Shown one piece after another: positions 1 through 9,455 of a DNA stretch of 64,000 bases. This stretch comes from an uncultured delta proteobacterium (GTDB taxonomy: Bacteria; Desulfobacterota; Binatia; JACPRU01). The position numbers were made by a program, and so were the translations under genes. Below the pieces are notes generated by a model. It saw only the letters and a list, made by a program, of their open reading frames with translations. It did no database searches and was not told the DNA's origin. The stretch spans positions 192,001 through 256,000 of the forward strand of contig CAVUWD010000002.1 in NCBI GenBank assembly GCA_963745025.1. Direction: 5' to 3'. The number at the start of each line of letters is the position of its first letter. Position 1 is the stretch's first letter.

Positions 1-1500
1 CTCAAGCCGGCGGAGGTTCGGGGAGTGCTGCGGGTGCTCGGGCGGCGGGGAGAGGGGCTCCATGTCCGTGATCTCGCGGCGCTCGTCGGTTTCGTCTTCC
101 AAGACTTCGAGGCGCAGCTCTTCTCGACGAGCGTCGAGGAAGAGATCCTCTTCGGTCTGGAACAGCTCGGCGTCGACCCCGGAGCGATGAGAAGCCGGAT
201 CACTGCCGCGCTCGCCGCGGTCGGTCTCGCGGGCTTCGAGCGCCGCGAGCCGACGACGCTGTCGGGTGGCGAGAAGCAGCGGCTCGCGATTGCGGCCGTG
301 CTCGCGCTCGAGCCGGAGCTCTGGCTTCTCGACGAGCCCTCGACGGATCTCGATCCGGCCGGCCGTCGCGAGCTCTTCTTGCTCCTCGGACGGTTGCGTG
401 GTGGCGGGAAGACCCTCGTGGTGGTCGAGCACGACGTCGAAGCGATGGCCGCAGCCGATCGATGGGTCGTGATGGAAGAGGGGAGGATCGCGCTCGAGGG
501 ACGGCCGGGGGAGCTTCTCGCACGGGCGGACGAACTGGCGACGCTCGGCGTCCGGCCGCCGGATCTGGCGATCGTCTGCCGCCGTCTGGGCTTGCCGGTC
601 TGGCCGCCCGACGTGGAGTCGGTCGCCGGGCGTGTGCGGGCGAGCGGCGTTCCGGCAGGGCAGCGCGCGCTCGCCTCGGCCTCGCGCTCTTCCGAGCCTT
701 CCGGGCCGGTGATCCTCGAGGCTCGCGACGTGCGGTTTCGTTACGAAGACCAAGCGGGCGCGGCGCTCGCCGGGGTCGACTTCACGCTCCGCGAAGGAGA
801 GTTCGTCGCGCTGATCGGGGCCAACGGATCGGGAAAGAGCACGCTTGCGAGGCTCGTCGGTGGCTTGCTCGAGGGGGCTTCGGGATGCATTGCCTGGCGC
901 GGGCGCCCACTCGCCGCGCTCGGCGCCGCCGAACGCGCCGCCACGGTCGGCTACGTCTTCCAGAACCCCGACGATCAGATCTTCGCCGCCACGGTCGAAG
1001 AGGAGATCGCCTTCGGCCCACGGCAGGTCGGCTGCGCGCCCGAAGAGGTCTTGTCGCGAGTGCGCGCCGTCGTCGAAGCCGTCGGGCTCGAGTCGCTGGA
1101 GCGGCGCGATCCGTTCCTGCTCGGCAAGGGCGAGCGGCAGAAGGTGGCGGTCGCGTCGATCCTCGCGCTCCGACCGACGGTGTTGATTCTCGACGAGCCG
1201 ACGACCGGTCTCGATTTTCGCGAGCAGCGGGCGCTGATGGACGTTCTCGAGCGCCTGCACCGCTCGGGGCAGACCGTGGTGATCATCACCCACGTGCCCT
1301 GGGTCGTGGGAACCTACGCAGAGCGCGCCGTGCTTCTGCAGGAGGGCCGGATTCTCTATGACGGCTCGGTCGGAGACCTCTTCGCCGACGAAGCGCTCTG
1401 CCGCCGCGCGGATTTCGTTCCACCCGAGATCTCGCGTCTCGGCAACCGGCTTGGCGTTTCAGCCCTCGACGTGGAGTCCTTTTTCCGCGCGCTCGCGTGA
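1..1500 (+). CDS. ECF transporter ATPase with two ABC domains (EcfA-EcfA' fusion), 5' end outside the window
   Basis: Frame is open from base 1. First domain has FVFQDFEAQLF, LSGGEKQR and LLDEP. Second has GANGSGKST, VFQNPDDQIF and ILDEPTTGLD. ecfT follows. Confidence 0.9.
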   Translation, partial: LKPAEVRGVLRVLGRRGEGLHVRDLAALVGFVFQDFEAQLFSTSVEEEILFGLEQLGVDPGAMRSRITAALAAVGLAGFERREPTTLSGGEKQRLAIAAVLALEPELWLLDEPSTDLDPAGRRELFLLLGRLRGGGKTLVVVEHDVEAMAAADRWVVMEEGRIALEGRPGELLARADELATLGVRPPDLAIVCRRLGLPVWPPDVESVAGRVRASGVPAGQRALASASRSSEPSGPVILEARDVRFRYEDQAGAALAGVDFTLREGEFVALIGANGSGKSTLARLVGGLLEGASGCIAWRGRPLAALGAAERAATVGYVFQNPDDQIFAATVEEEIAFGPRQVGCAPEEVLSRVRAVVEAVGLESLERRDPFLLGKGERQKVAVASILALRPTVLILDEPTTGLDFREQRALMDVLERLHRSGQTVVIITHVPWVVGTYAERAVLLQEGRILYDGSVGDLFADEALCRRADFVPPEISRLGNRLGVSALDVESFFRALA

Positions 1501-1511
1501 CTGGAGCTGAC

Positions 1512-2297
1512 ATGCACGTCACCCTCTACCTCGGTCGCGGAACCTTCCTCTACCGGCTCCATCCGCAGGTGAAGGTCGGTCTTCTGGCCGCCACGTTCGC
1601 CTCGATCTATGGGATCGATCGGCCGCTGGCCGTAGCTCCGGTGGCGACGGCCTTGGCGCTGCTGCTGATCTCGGCCGGGGCGATCGTCAACGTGCGGAGG
1701 TTCGCGGTGATGTTCATCGCCGTGCCGGTTGCGAGCTTCGTCATGTGGAGCTTCTTCTACGGTTACGGGCAAAGCGGCGCGGCCGCATTCGGCCCGCGGC
1801 CGCGCGGCGAGGCGATCGAGTTTGCCGCCGGTATGGCGCTGAAGCTCGAGAGCTTTCTCGCCGCGAGCGTGCTGTTCTTGTCGATCACCCGCGTCGAGGA
1901 GTTCACCGAGGCGCTGCGCGATTTCGGCATGCCCTACCGCATGAGCTTCACGATCGCTCTGGCATTCCGCCTCGTGCCGCTATTTCTCGCCTCGGCGCTC
2001 TCCGTCGTGGTCGCGCAGCGTGCTCGCGGGCTCGACTTCTCGCGTGGCAGCGTCTTCGCCCGGCTCGCGCGCTACGTGCCGGTGATCGTCCCCGTGTTCA
2101 TGGGAGCGCTCCGTCGTGCCGATGCCATGGCGATGGCTCTGGAATCACGCGGGTTCAGCCGCCAGGCGGCGCGTACGACGTTCTTGCGCTCACGCTTCGC
2201 GCCTCGCGACTTCGTCGCTGCGACGGTAATCGTCTTCGTCGTCGCCGTCTATATCTGGGCCTGGGCGCATGGCTACGGAAGGCTCCGCGCGCGATGA
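1512..2297 (+). CDS. ecfT: ECF transporter transmembrane component T
   Basis: Hydrophobic protein with LHPQVK and the two coupling motifs AQRARG and ALESRG. GGAG precedes the ATG at 1512. Confidence 0.88.
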   Translation: MHVTLYLGRGTFLYRLHPQVKVGLLAATFASIYGIDRPLAVAPVATALALLLISAGAIVNVRRFAVMFIAVPVASFVMWSFFYGYGQSGAAAFGPRPRGEAIEFAAGMALKLESFLAASVLFLSITRVEEFTEALRDFGMPYRMSFTIALAFRLVPLFLASALSVVVAQRARGLDFSRGSVFARLARYVPVIVPVFMGALRRADAMAMALESRGFSRQAARTTFLRSRFAPRDFVAATVIVFVVAVYIWAWAHGYGRLRAR

Positions 2298-3142
2298 GAA
2301 CGAGCCGCACCGCGGTCTTCGTCGTCGCGGCGGCCCTCGCACTGCCGGCGGCGCACGCGCTCGCTTGGGGTCTCGCGACCCATCGTGCGATCGAGGAACA
2401 AGCGATCGAGACGCTTCCCGATCCGCTGCGATCGTACTTTCGCTCCCATCGCGCAGAGATCTCGGAATGGTCCGTCGAGCCGGATACGGTCCTGCGTGAC
2501 CGCGACGGTGAGAAGGAATCCGTCAAGCACTTCATCGATCTCGATCTCTACGGCGCGCCGCCGTTCGCCAGCCTGCCGCGCTCGTATGACGCGGCGGTCG
2601 AGCGCTTCGGCGAGCACGTCGTGAAGGAGCGAGGCACGCTGCCGTGGACGATCGAGGAGGCGCATGCGCGGCTGGTGCACGAGATGCGCGCCCGCGATTG
2701 GCGCGCCGCGCTGCGCACGGCCGCGTACGGAGGTCACTACGTCGCGGACGCGACGATGCCGCTTCACGTGATCTCCGACTACGACGGCCGGAAGAGCGGC
2801 AGCCCGGGGATCCACAAGGTGGTCGAGCACGCGCTCGTCGACGCGCGGCTCCGCGAGTACATGCGCCGCGCGCGGGCGACGTTCGCGCCGGCAAGCGTCG
2901 CGGCTTACGGTCGGGAGCGCGTCTTCCAAACCCTCGTCGAGAGCTACCATGCCGCTGCGGAGCTACTCGCGGCCGATCACCAAGCGCGGCGTCTCGGCGA
3001 TCTCGGGTCCACGGCGTATCTCGACGTGCTCGACCGCGAGGCGGGCTCTCTGCTGGCCGCCCGGCTCTCTCGCGCCATCGAGGTCCTGGGCGCGTTCTGG
3101 CTCTCGGCGTGGCAGGAAGCGGACCGGCCCTCACCCTCGTAG
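2294..3142 (+). CDS. Secreted S1/P1 nuclease / zinc phospholipase C superfamily protein
   Basis: Signal peptide ends ALA, mature N-terminus WGLATH, then EPD, HFIDLD, HYVADATMPLH and HKVVE zinc-ligand motifs. ATGA overlap with the ecfT stop. Confidence 0.8.
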   Translation: MRTSRTAVFVVAAALALPAAHALAWGLATHRAIEEQAIETLPDPLRSYFRSHRAEISEWSVEPDTVLRDRDGEKESVKHFIDLDLYGAPPFASLPRSYDAAVERFGEHVVKERGTLPWTIEEAHARLVHEMRARDWRAALRTAAYGGHYVADATMPLHVISDYDGRKSGSPGIHKVVEHALVDARLREYMRRARATFAPASVAAYGRERVFQTLVESYHAAAELLAADHQARRLGDLGSTAYLDVLDREAGSLLAARLSRAIEVLGAFWLSAWQEADRPSPS

Positions 3143-3169
3143 CGCACCTCGTGGCCGCAACCGAAACGT

Positions 3170-3455
3170 CGTCGGCCTACGGATGCATCAGTCTTCGCCT
3201 CCGGCGCTCGAGATCCGGAAGCGCTGGACTTTCCGGTCGGCCCGGATTCGGGTCGACCGGAAAGTCCAGCCACCGCGCGCAAGCGCGGAAGACGATAGAC
3301 CAGTGTCGAGGGTGATTGTCTTCCGCGCTCCGCGCGGTTGCGGTCGGTTGTGATCGACCCGAGTACGGGCCGCGACCACAACCGACCGCGTCCGTCTCCT
3401 CGAGCGTGGTGCGAAAACTGATCGGGTGCGGGTCACGTCGGCCTACTGATGCATC
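3170..3455. repeat. Family-1 multi-hairpin intergenic element, copy 1, bracketed by 20-bp direct repeats
   Basis: Hairpins at 3223-3270, 3273-3288, 3289-3322, 3323-3337 and 3340-3389. Outer stem pairs 3187-3212 with 3399-3422. Direct repeats CGTCGGCCTAC(G/T)GATGCATC at 3170-3189 and 3436-3455. Confidence 0.85.
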
Positions 3456-3510
3456 GCATCGCATCTCATCTCATATCTTGGTCTGTAAGCGAGAATCGTA
3501 CCCCAGTAGC

Positions 3511-4563
3511 TCAATAGAGGATCAGCGGCTTTAGGATCCCGTCCTCCTTCGTCTCCATCATCCGAAACGCGCGCTCCACCTCTGTGAACCGGAAGCGGTG
3601 GGTGGTCATCGGTGTCGGGTCGAAGCGGCCAGTCTCGATGAGGCGTAGAAGCCGTGTCATCCGCTCGTGCCCTCCGGGGCAGAGGACGCCGCGGATCGTC
3701 TTGTCGGCCATGCCGAAGCCGAAGTCGGCGAGCGGGATGCGCAGCGAGTCACCGGATTCTCCGTGGTAGCCGACGTTCGAGATCACGCCGCCCGCCCGCG
3801 TGGCGCGGATGCAGCTCTCGAAGGTGACCGGCAGGCCGACGGCCTCGATCGCCGCGTCGACGCCGGCGCCGCCCGTGAGGCGAAGAATCTCGGCCACGGG
3901 GTCGCCGCTAGCCGGATCCACGACGACGTCGGCGCCGAAGCGCTTGGCGAGCCTCTGACGCTCGGGCTTCCCTTCCACCGCGATGACGAGACCCGCGCCG
4001 GAGAGCCGCGCCCCCGCGGTCGCGCAAAGCCCGACCGGGCCTTGCGCGAACACCGCCACCGTGCCGCCGAGCGGAATCTCCGCTTCCTCGGCGGCCGCGA
4101 AGCCGGTGCTCATCATGTCGGTCGTGTAGAGCGCCTGCTCGTCGGAGAGCCCCTGCGGAATCGGCGCGAGGTTGTAGTCGGCGTCGTTGACGAGAAAGTA
4201 TTCGGCGAGATTGCCTTCGCGCTGCGCGGTGAACTTGTAGCCGCCGAGCGTGCCGCCGCACTGCGCGCCGTGGCCACGCTGGCAAAAGCTGCACTTGCCG
4301 CAGGGGGTCACGGCGCAGACCGCCACTCTGTCGCCCTCGCGAACGGCCGTCACGTGAGAGCCCGCGCGGTGGACGACGCCGACACTCTCGTGACCGAGGA
4401 CGCGCCCCTCGGGTATGGGCAGAACGCCGTGAACCGTGTGCACGTCCGAGGTGCAGACGAGAGAGGCGGTGGTGCGCACCACCGCCTCGTTCGGTCCGGG
4501 CTCAGGGTTGGGCTTATCGACGAGGCCGACTTTGTTCTTGCCGAGAAAGGCGAATGCCTTCAC
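3511..4563 (-). CDS. Zinc-dependent NAD(P) alcohol dehydrogenase (secondary alcohol dehydrogenase-like)
   Basis: CTSDVH, GHE, four-Cys loop CGKCSFC..C, DMMSTGF, GPVG. AAGGAGG precedes the GTG at 4563. Confidence 0.9.
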   Translation of the reverse strand: MKAFAFLGKNKVGLVDKPNPEPGPNEAVVRTTASLVCTSDVHTVHGVLPIPEGRVLGHESVGVVHRAGSHVTAVREGDRVAVCAVTPCGKCSFCQRGHGAQCGGTLGGYKFTAQREGNLAEYFLVNDADYNLAPIPQGLSDEQALYTTDMMSTGFAAAEEAEIPLGGTVAVFAQGPVGLCATAGARLSGAGLVIAVEGKPERQRLAKRFGADVVVDPASGDPVAEILRLTGGAGVDAAIEAVGLPVTFESCIRATRAGGVISNVGYHGESGDSLRIPLADFGFGMADKTIRGVLCPGGHERMTRLLRLIETGRFDPTPMTTHRFRFTEVERAFRMMETKEDGILKPLILY

Positions 4564-4655
4564 GATGTTTCCTCCTTGTTCTATGACGGCATGTAGCGAA
4601 CGGCAGAGCAAGGCAATCCTTCGATGGTGAAAGTCGCGGCGATCTTTTGACAACG

Positions 4656-4730
4656 GAGCTCGCTTGGCAGGACGCTCGAACGGAGATGGGATCGCGACCA
4701 GCGGGAGCGATCTACGGCGCAGCCTCCCAG
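4656..4730 (+). repeat. Family-2 REP-like unit, degenerate copy
   Basis: CTCGCTTGGCAGGA...ATCGCGACCAGCGGGAGCGATCTACGGCGCAG matches the units at 19822-20086, 38631-38774 and 47177-47317. Confidence 0.75.
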
Positions 4731-4741
4731 CCACGGCGGGG

Positions 4742-5671
4742 ATGCGACGCTTCGGGCTCGGCCTCCCGAACGCATTCCCGCTGGGCGAGCCGAATCTCGA
4801 CTTCTTGCGCTTCGCGGAGCGAGCCGAAGAGCTCGGCTACGACGCGCTGTGGGCAGGCGACCACGTGGTGTTTCACGTTCCCCGGCTCGAGATCTTCACG
4901 GTGCTCGCCGCAGTCGTGACGAAGACGCGTCGCGTGACCGTCGGGCCGGGCGTGCTGCTTCTCTGCCTGCGCAACCCCGTGCACGTCGCGCAGACCGTCG
5001 CGACGCTCGACCACCTCTCCGCGGGGCGCTTCGTGCTCGGGGTGGGTGTCGGGGGTGAGCACGTGAAGGAGTTCGAGGCTTCGGGCGTGCCGCGCCGCGA
5101 GCGCGGCGCGCGCACCGACGAGGGGCTCGCGATCGTGCGCAAGCTGCTCACCCAGCCTGAGGTCGACTACGAAGGTCGCTTCTGGCGGCTCCGCGGCATC
5201 TCGATGAAGCTCCGCCCGCCACACCTGCCCCCGGTCTGGGTCGGCGGGCGGGCCGAGGCCACGTTCCATCGCGTCGTCGCACATGGCGATGCCTGGTTTC
5301 CGGGCTTCGTCACCCCGGACGCGTACCGCGAGGGCTCGCGCAGGATCGACATCCTCTGCCGCGAGGCGGGCCGAGACCCGGCGACGATCGAGCGCGGGCT
5401 CTATCTGTTCGTGAGTGTCGACGCGGATTCCGCTCGCGCACGCCGGCAAGCCGAGGAGTTCTTGAGCCGCAACTACAACATGCCCTTTGCGCCGTTCGAG
5501 CGTTACCTGATCGCGGGCCGTCCGCAGCAGTGCATCGAAGCGGTGCGGCGTCATCTGGACGCGGGCGTGACGCACCTGACCGTCCGCTTCGCGACTGCCG
5601 AGCCGCTGCGGCAGCTCGAGCTCTGGAGCGCGGACGTCCTGCCGGCCCTGCGCGAAATTGCGGTACCCTGA
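4742..5671 (+). CDS. LLM-class (luciferase-like) flavin-dependent oxidoreductase
   Basis: AEELGYDALWAGDH, RNPVHVAQTVATLDHLSAGRFVLGVGVG, PPVWVGG. Confidence 0.9.
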   Translation: MRRFGLGLPNAFPLGEPNLDFLRFAERAEELGYDALWAGDHVVFHVPRLEIFTVLAAVVTKTRRVTVGPGVLLLCLRNPVHVAQTVATLDHLSAGRFVLGVGVGGEHVKEFEASGVPRRERGARTDEGLAIVRKLLTQPEVDYEGRFWRLRGISMKLRPPHLPPVWVGGRAEATFHRVVAHGDAWFPGFVTPDAYREGSRRIDILCREAGRDPATIERGLYLFVSVDADSARARRQAEEFLSRNYNMPFAPFERYLIAGRPQQCIEAVRRHLDAGVTHLTVRFATAEPLRQLELWSADVLPALREIAVP

Positions 5672-5686
5672 ACGAGGGAGGCGACC

Positions 5687-6251
5687 ATGAGACTCACCAA
5701 ACCGAGAATCGAGCCACTGCCCGAAGCCGAGTGGAACGACGAAGTGCGGGGGCTGCTGCAGCCGAGCCGCACGAATGCCGGTGACGGCAAGGTGCTGAAC
5801 GTTCAGGCGACGATCGCGCGTCACCCGAAGCTCCTCAAGCGCTGGCTCGTGTTCGGCAACCACGTGCTCGTCAAGTCGACGCTGCCGGCGCGCGAGCGCG
5901 AGATCGTGATCCTGCGCATCGGCTGGCTGTGCCGGTCGGGCTACGAGTGGGGCCAGCACGTGATGATCGGCCGGCGCGCCGGGCTCGGCGACGAGGAGAT
6001 CGAGCGCATCCGCAAGGGCCCCGACGCGCCCGGCTGGAGCCCGTTCGAGTCGGCGCTGCTGCGCGCCACCGACGAGCTGCACGACGACGCGTTCATCAGC
6101 GACGCGACCTGGCAGGCGCTCGCGGCTCGTTACGACACGCAGCAGCTCATGGACCTCGTGTTCACGGTCGGGCAGTACAACCTGGTGTCGATGGCGCTGA
6201 ACACGCTTCGGCGTGCAGCTCGACGAAGGCGTGCGCGGGTTTTCGACATGA
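5687..6251 (+). CDS. Carboxymuconolactone decarboxylase / AhpD-like protein, one frameshift near 6209
   Basis: REREIVILRIGWLCRSGYEWGQH. The C-terminus [13 protein letters not shown] lies in a shifted frame and ends in an ATGA overlap at 6248-6251. Confidence 0.82.
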
Positions 6252-7053
6252 CCGGGCGCCTCGCCGGCAAGGTCGCGATCGTCATCGGCGCCGGCCAGAC
6301 GCCCGGCGACACGATCGGCAACGGCCGCGCGACCGCGCTCCTCTTCGCGCGCGAGGGCGCGCGCGTCCTGGTCGTCGATCGCGACGAAGCTCCGCGCGCG
6401 AGACCGAGGAGAAGATTCGCTCCGCGGGAAGCGAGGCCGCGGCGTTTCGTGGCGACGTGACGTCACCGCGAGCCGACTGCCGGGCGATGACGCCGGACGT
6501 GCGTCGACCGCTACGGGCGGATCGACGTGCTGCACAACAACGTCGGCATCGGCGACGGCGACGCCGGTCCCGTGCATCTCACGGAGGAAGCCTGGGACCG
6601 CATCCTCACGGTCAATCTGAAGAGCGTGATCTTCACCGTGCAAGCACGTGCTGCCGGTGATGCGCGCGCAAGGCAGCGGCGTCGATCATCAACGTCTCGT
6701 CGATCGCCGCCGTCTGCGCGGTGGGCGATGCGTCGCCTACAAGACCTCGAAGGCCGGGGTCAACGCCTCACGCAGTCGCTCGCGATCGGCAACGCGAAGT
6801 ACGGCATCCGCGCCAACGTGATCATGCCCGGACTGATGAACACGCCGATGGCGATCGAGGGGATCTCTCGCGAGCGCGGCATCGCGAAGGAAGAGTTGAT
6901 CGCGCGCGCGACGCGCAGGTGCCGCTCGGCGGGAAGATGGGCACCGCGTGGGACGTGGCCTACGCGGCGTTGTTTCTCGCCTCCGACGAGGCGCGGTTCA
7001 TCACCGGCGTGCTGCTGCCGGTCGACGGCGGGCAGAGCGCACGGATTGGTTAG
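6248..7053 (+). CDS. SDR family oxidoreductase with several frameshifts
   Basis: Pieces across frames: [12 protein letters not shown]...GNGRA, LHNNVGI, Yxx[33 protein letters not shown]. Confidence 0.8.
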
Positions 7054-7070
7054 GCCCAATAGGAAGTACG

Positions 7071-7192
7071 AGCGCAACCGCGCGTAAGCGCGGAAAACGA
7101 TAGCCCACCGAATCGGCCTATTGCCTTCAGCGCTCCGCGCTGTTGCGCTTGGTTTTCGTCGATCCGAGTACGGATCGACAAAAACCAAGCGC
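7071..7192. repeat. Family-1 multi-hairpin intergenic element, copy 2
   Basis: Four-way junction closed by 7071-7077/7143-7149, with hairpins 7078-7093, 7094-7127 and 7128-7142, plus an AGTA-loop hairpin at 7145-7192. Colinear with 3271-3389. Confidence 0.85.
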
Positions 7193-7270
7193 GCCTTTCG
7201 CATCGCCGAGCATCCTACCGAGACTCAAGGCATTGCGGCGCCGCGAAGATCGCTTGTCCTTCCGTGGGCC

Positions 7271-8038
7271 TCACACGGCCGAGATGCCGCCGTCCACCAT
7301 GTAGACGCCGCCCGTGCAATAGCGGCTCTCGTCGCTGGCGAGGAAGAGCATGAGGTGCGCGACTTCCTCGGCCGTGCCGTAGCGTGCCATCGGGATGCCG
7401 GCGAGAATCTGCTGCTTGGCCTGCGCCGCTTGTCCGGGCGCGAAGCCGTCCTCGAGCGATCGCATCATCCGGGTTTCGATCGGCGCGGGATTCACGGTGT
7501 TGACGCGGATCTTCAGCGGGGCGCACTCGAGCGCGGCGGTGCGCATCATGCCGACGACGGCATGCTTGCTGGTCACGTAGGCCGAGACGCCGGCGAAGCC
7601 GTGGATGCCCGCGACCGACGAGGTGATGATGATCGAGCCGCCGCCCCGCTTGGCCATCTCGGGGATGACGGATCTCAGGCCGAGCCAGACGCCGCGGACG
7701 TTCACCTCGATCACCCGGTCGAAGACTTCGATGGGATACTCCGGGATCGGCTTCACCGCTCCCTCGAAGCCGGCATTGTTCAGCAACACGTCGATCCCGC
7801 CGTAGCGTTCCACGGCGGCGCGCACGTAGCGCTCGACGTCCTCGGGCCGCGTCACGTCGGCGCGCACGCAGCTCGCGTGCTCGGCGCCGAGTGTCGCAAC
7901 CGCCTGACGAAGCGGCCCTTCGTCGAGATCCACCAGGAGGACCTTCGACCCTTCGGCGACGAAGCGCGTCGCCGCGGCAAGACCGATGCCGCCCGCCCCT
8001 CCCGTGATCACCGTGATTCGACCGTCGAGCTTGCCCAT
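7271..8038 (-). CDS. SDR family oxidoreductase
   Basis: [14 protein letters not shown]...YVTSK, IRVN, VDGG. Confidence 0.93.
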   Translation of the reverse strand: MGKLDGRITVITGGAGGIGLAAATRFVAEGSKVLLVDLDEGPLRQAVATLGAEHASCVRADVTRPEDVERYVRAAVERYGGIDVLLNNAGFEGAVKPIPEYPIEVFDRVIEVNVRGVWLGLRSVIPEMAKRGGGSIIITSSVAGIHGFAGVSAYVTSKHAVVGMMRTAALECAPLKIRVNTVNPAPIETRMMRSLEDGFAPGQAAQAKQQILAGIPMARYGTAEEVAHLMLFLASDESRYCTGGVYMVDGGISAV

Positions 8039-8090
8039 AGAGCCTCCCCAGAAGCGTCAGGTATCGCAAAAGGCGGGGAATGTCCCGTGG

Positions 8091-8119
8091 TTGACTCGCA
8101 CGAAACGAGCCCTTAACAT
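8091..8119 (+). promoter_or_regulatory. Putative sigma70 promoter of fabF
   Basis: TTGACT-N17-TAACAT, ending 19 nt before the ATG at 8139. Confidence 0.6.
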
Positions 8120-8138
8120 CCCGCGCCAAGCCACGACC

Positions 8139-9404
8139 ATGGACAACGGCGACATGCAACGGCGCCGCGTCGCCGTCACTGGCCTCGGCCTGGTCACCCC
8201 GCTCGGCACGGGCGTCGAGAAGAACTGGGAAGCGCTCTCGCATGGCCGTTCGGGAATCAGCACGATCAGCCGCTTCGACGTCAAAGACTTCCCCACGCGC
8301 ATCGCGGGCGAGGTGCGGGACTTCCGCGCCGAGGATTTCATCGAGAAGAAAGAGATCAAGAAGATGGATCTCTTCACCCACTACTCGATGGCGGCGGCCG
8401 ACATGGCGCTCGCCTACTCGGGTCTGAAGATCGAGGAAAGCAATGCGGAGCGCGTGGGCGTGGTGCTCGGTGTGGGCCTCGGGGGGCTGCCGACGATCGA
8501 GGAATATCACAGCCTCTATCTCGAGAGCGGCCTCCGGCGCATCTCGCCCTTCATGATCCCGAAGCTGATCGCCAACCTCGCTCCGGGGCAGATCGCGATC
8601 AAACACGGGGCCAAGGGGATCAACTACACGCCGACGAGCGCGTGCTCCTCCGGGGGGCATGCGGTCGGCGAGGCGATGCGCATGATCCGCCACGGTTACC
8701 AGGACGCGATGATCTGCGGCGGAGCGGAGGCGGCGATCTCGCCGATGGGAGTCGGCGGCTTCATCGCCATGCGTGCGCTGTCGACCCGGAACGACGAACC
8801 GGCGCGGGCGAGCCGTCCGTTCGACAAGAACCGCGACGGCTTCGTGATCGGCGAGGGGGCGGGGGTGCTGATTCTCGAGGAGATGGAGTCCGCGCGCCGG
8901 CGCGGCGCGAAGATCCTCGCCGAAGTGATCGGCTACGGCGCCAACGACGACGCGTTCCACATCACGCAGCCGTCCCCGGAGGGAATCGGGGCCGCCTCGT
9001 GCATGCGGCTCTGTCTCGAGGACGCCGGCATCGACCCGGGCGCGGTCGGCTACATCAACGCACACGGCACCTCGACCCAGTTCAACGATTCCAACGAGAC
9101 CAAGGCGATCAAACGGGTATTCGGCGAGTACGCCGCGCGGCTGCCGGTCAGCTCGACGAAGTCGATGACCGGTCATCTTCTCGGCGGCGCGGGCGGCGTG
9201 GAGGCGGCCTTCACCGTGCTGGCTCTCTCCCGCGGGGTGATCCCGCCGACGATCAACTACGAGGAGCGTGACCCGGATTGCGACCTCGACTACGTCCCGA
9301 ACGTCGCCCGCAAGGCGCCGATCGAGATCGCGCTCTCCAACTCGTACGGTTTCGGCGGCACGAACGTGTCGCTGGCATTCCGCAAGGGAGAGGTGGTCGT
9401 CTGA
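8139..9404 (+). CDS. fabF: Beta-ketoacyl-ACP synthase II
   Basis: RRVAVTGLG, catalytic [30 protein letters not shown]. Start may be 8154. Confidence 0.95.
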   Translation: MDNGDMQRRRVAVTGLGLVTPLGTGVEKNWEALSHGRSGISTISRFDVKDFPTRIAGEVRDFRAEDFIEKKEIKKMDLFTHYSMAAADMALAYSGLKIEESNAERVGVVLGVGLGGLPTIEEYHSLYLESGLRRISPFMIPKLIANLAPGQIAIKHGAKGINYTPTSACSSGGHAVGEAMRMIRHGYQDAMICGGAEAAISPMGVGGFIAMRALSTRNDEPARASRPFDKNRDGFVIGEGAGVLILEEMESARRRGAKILAEVIGYGANDDAFHITQPSPEGIGAASCMRLCLEDAGIDPGAVGYINAHGTSTQFNDSNETKAIKRVFGEYAARLPVSSTKSMTGHLLGGAGGVEAAFTVLALSRGVIPPTINYEERDPDCDLDYVPNVARKAPIEIALSNSYGFGGTNVSLAFRKGEVVV

Positions 9405-9455
9405 GGCGCTCCGCCGGGGGGGCCGCCCCGGCGTTCGCCACGCGATCGCTGCGCG

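Noticed and set aside
3451-3474. Short (GCATC/TCATC) pentamer run as a phase-variable repeat
   Set aside because: Only about five imperfect units, located between convergent gene ends.
7071-7149. Cloverleaf as a tRNA gene
   Set aside because: No TTCRA T-loop, no 7-nt anticodon loop, no D-loop GG and no CCA.
4712-9176. Long antisense ORFs (e.g. 4712..6643, 7215..9176) and the many Arg/Ala/Pro-rich ORFs window-wide
   Set aside because: Shadow frames of real genes in high-GC DNA with no recognisable motifs.
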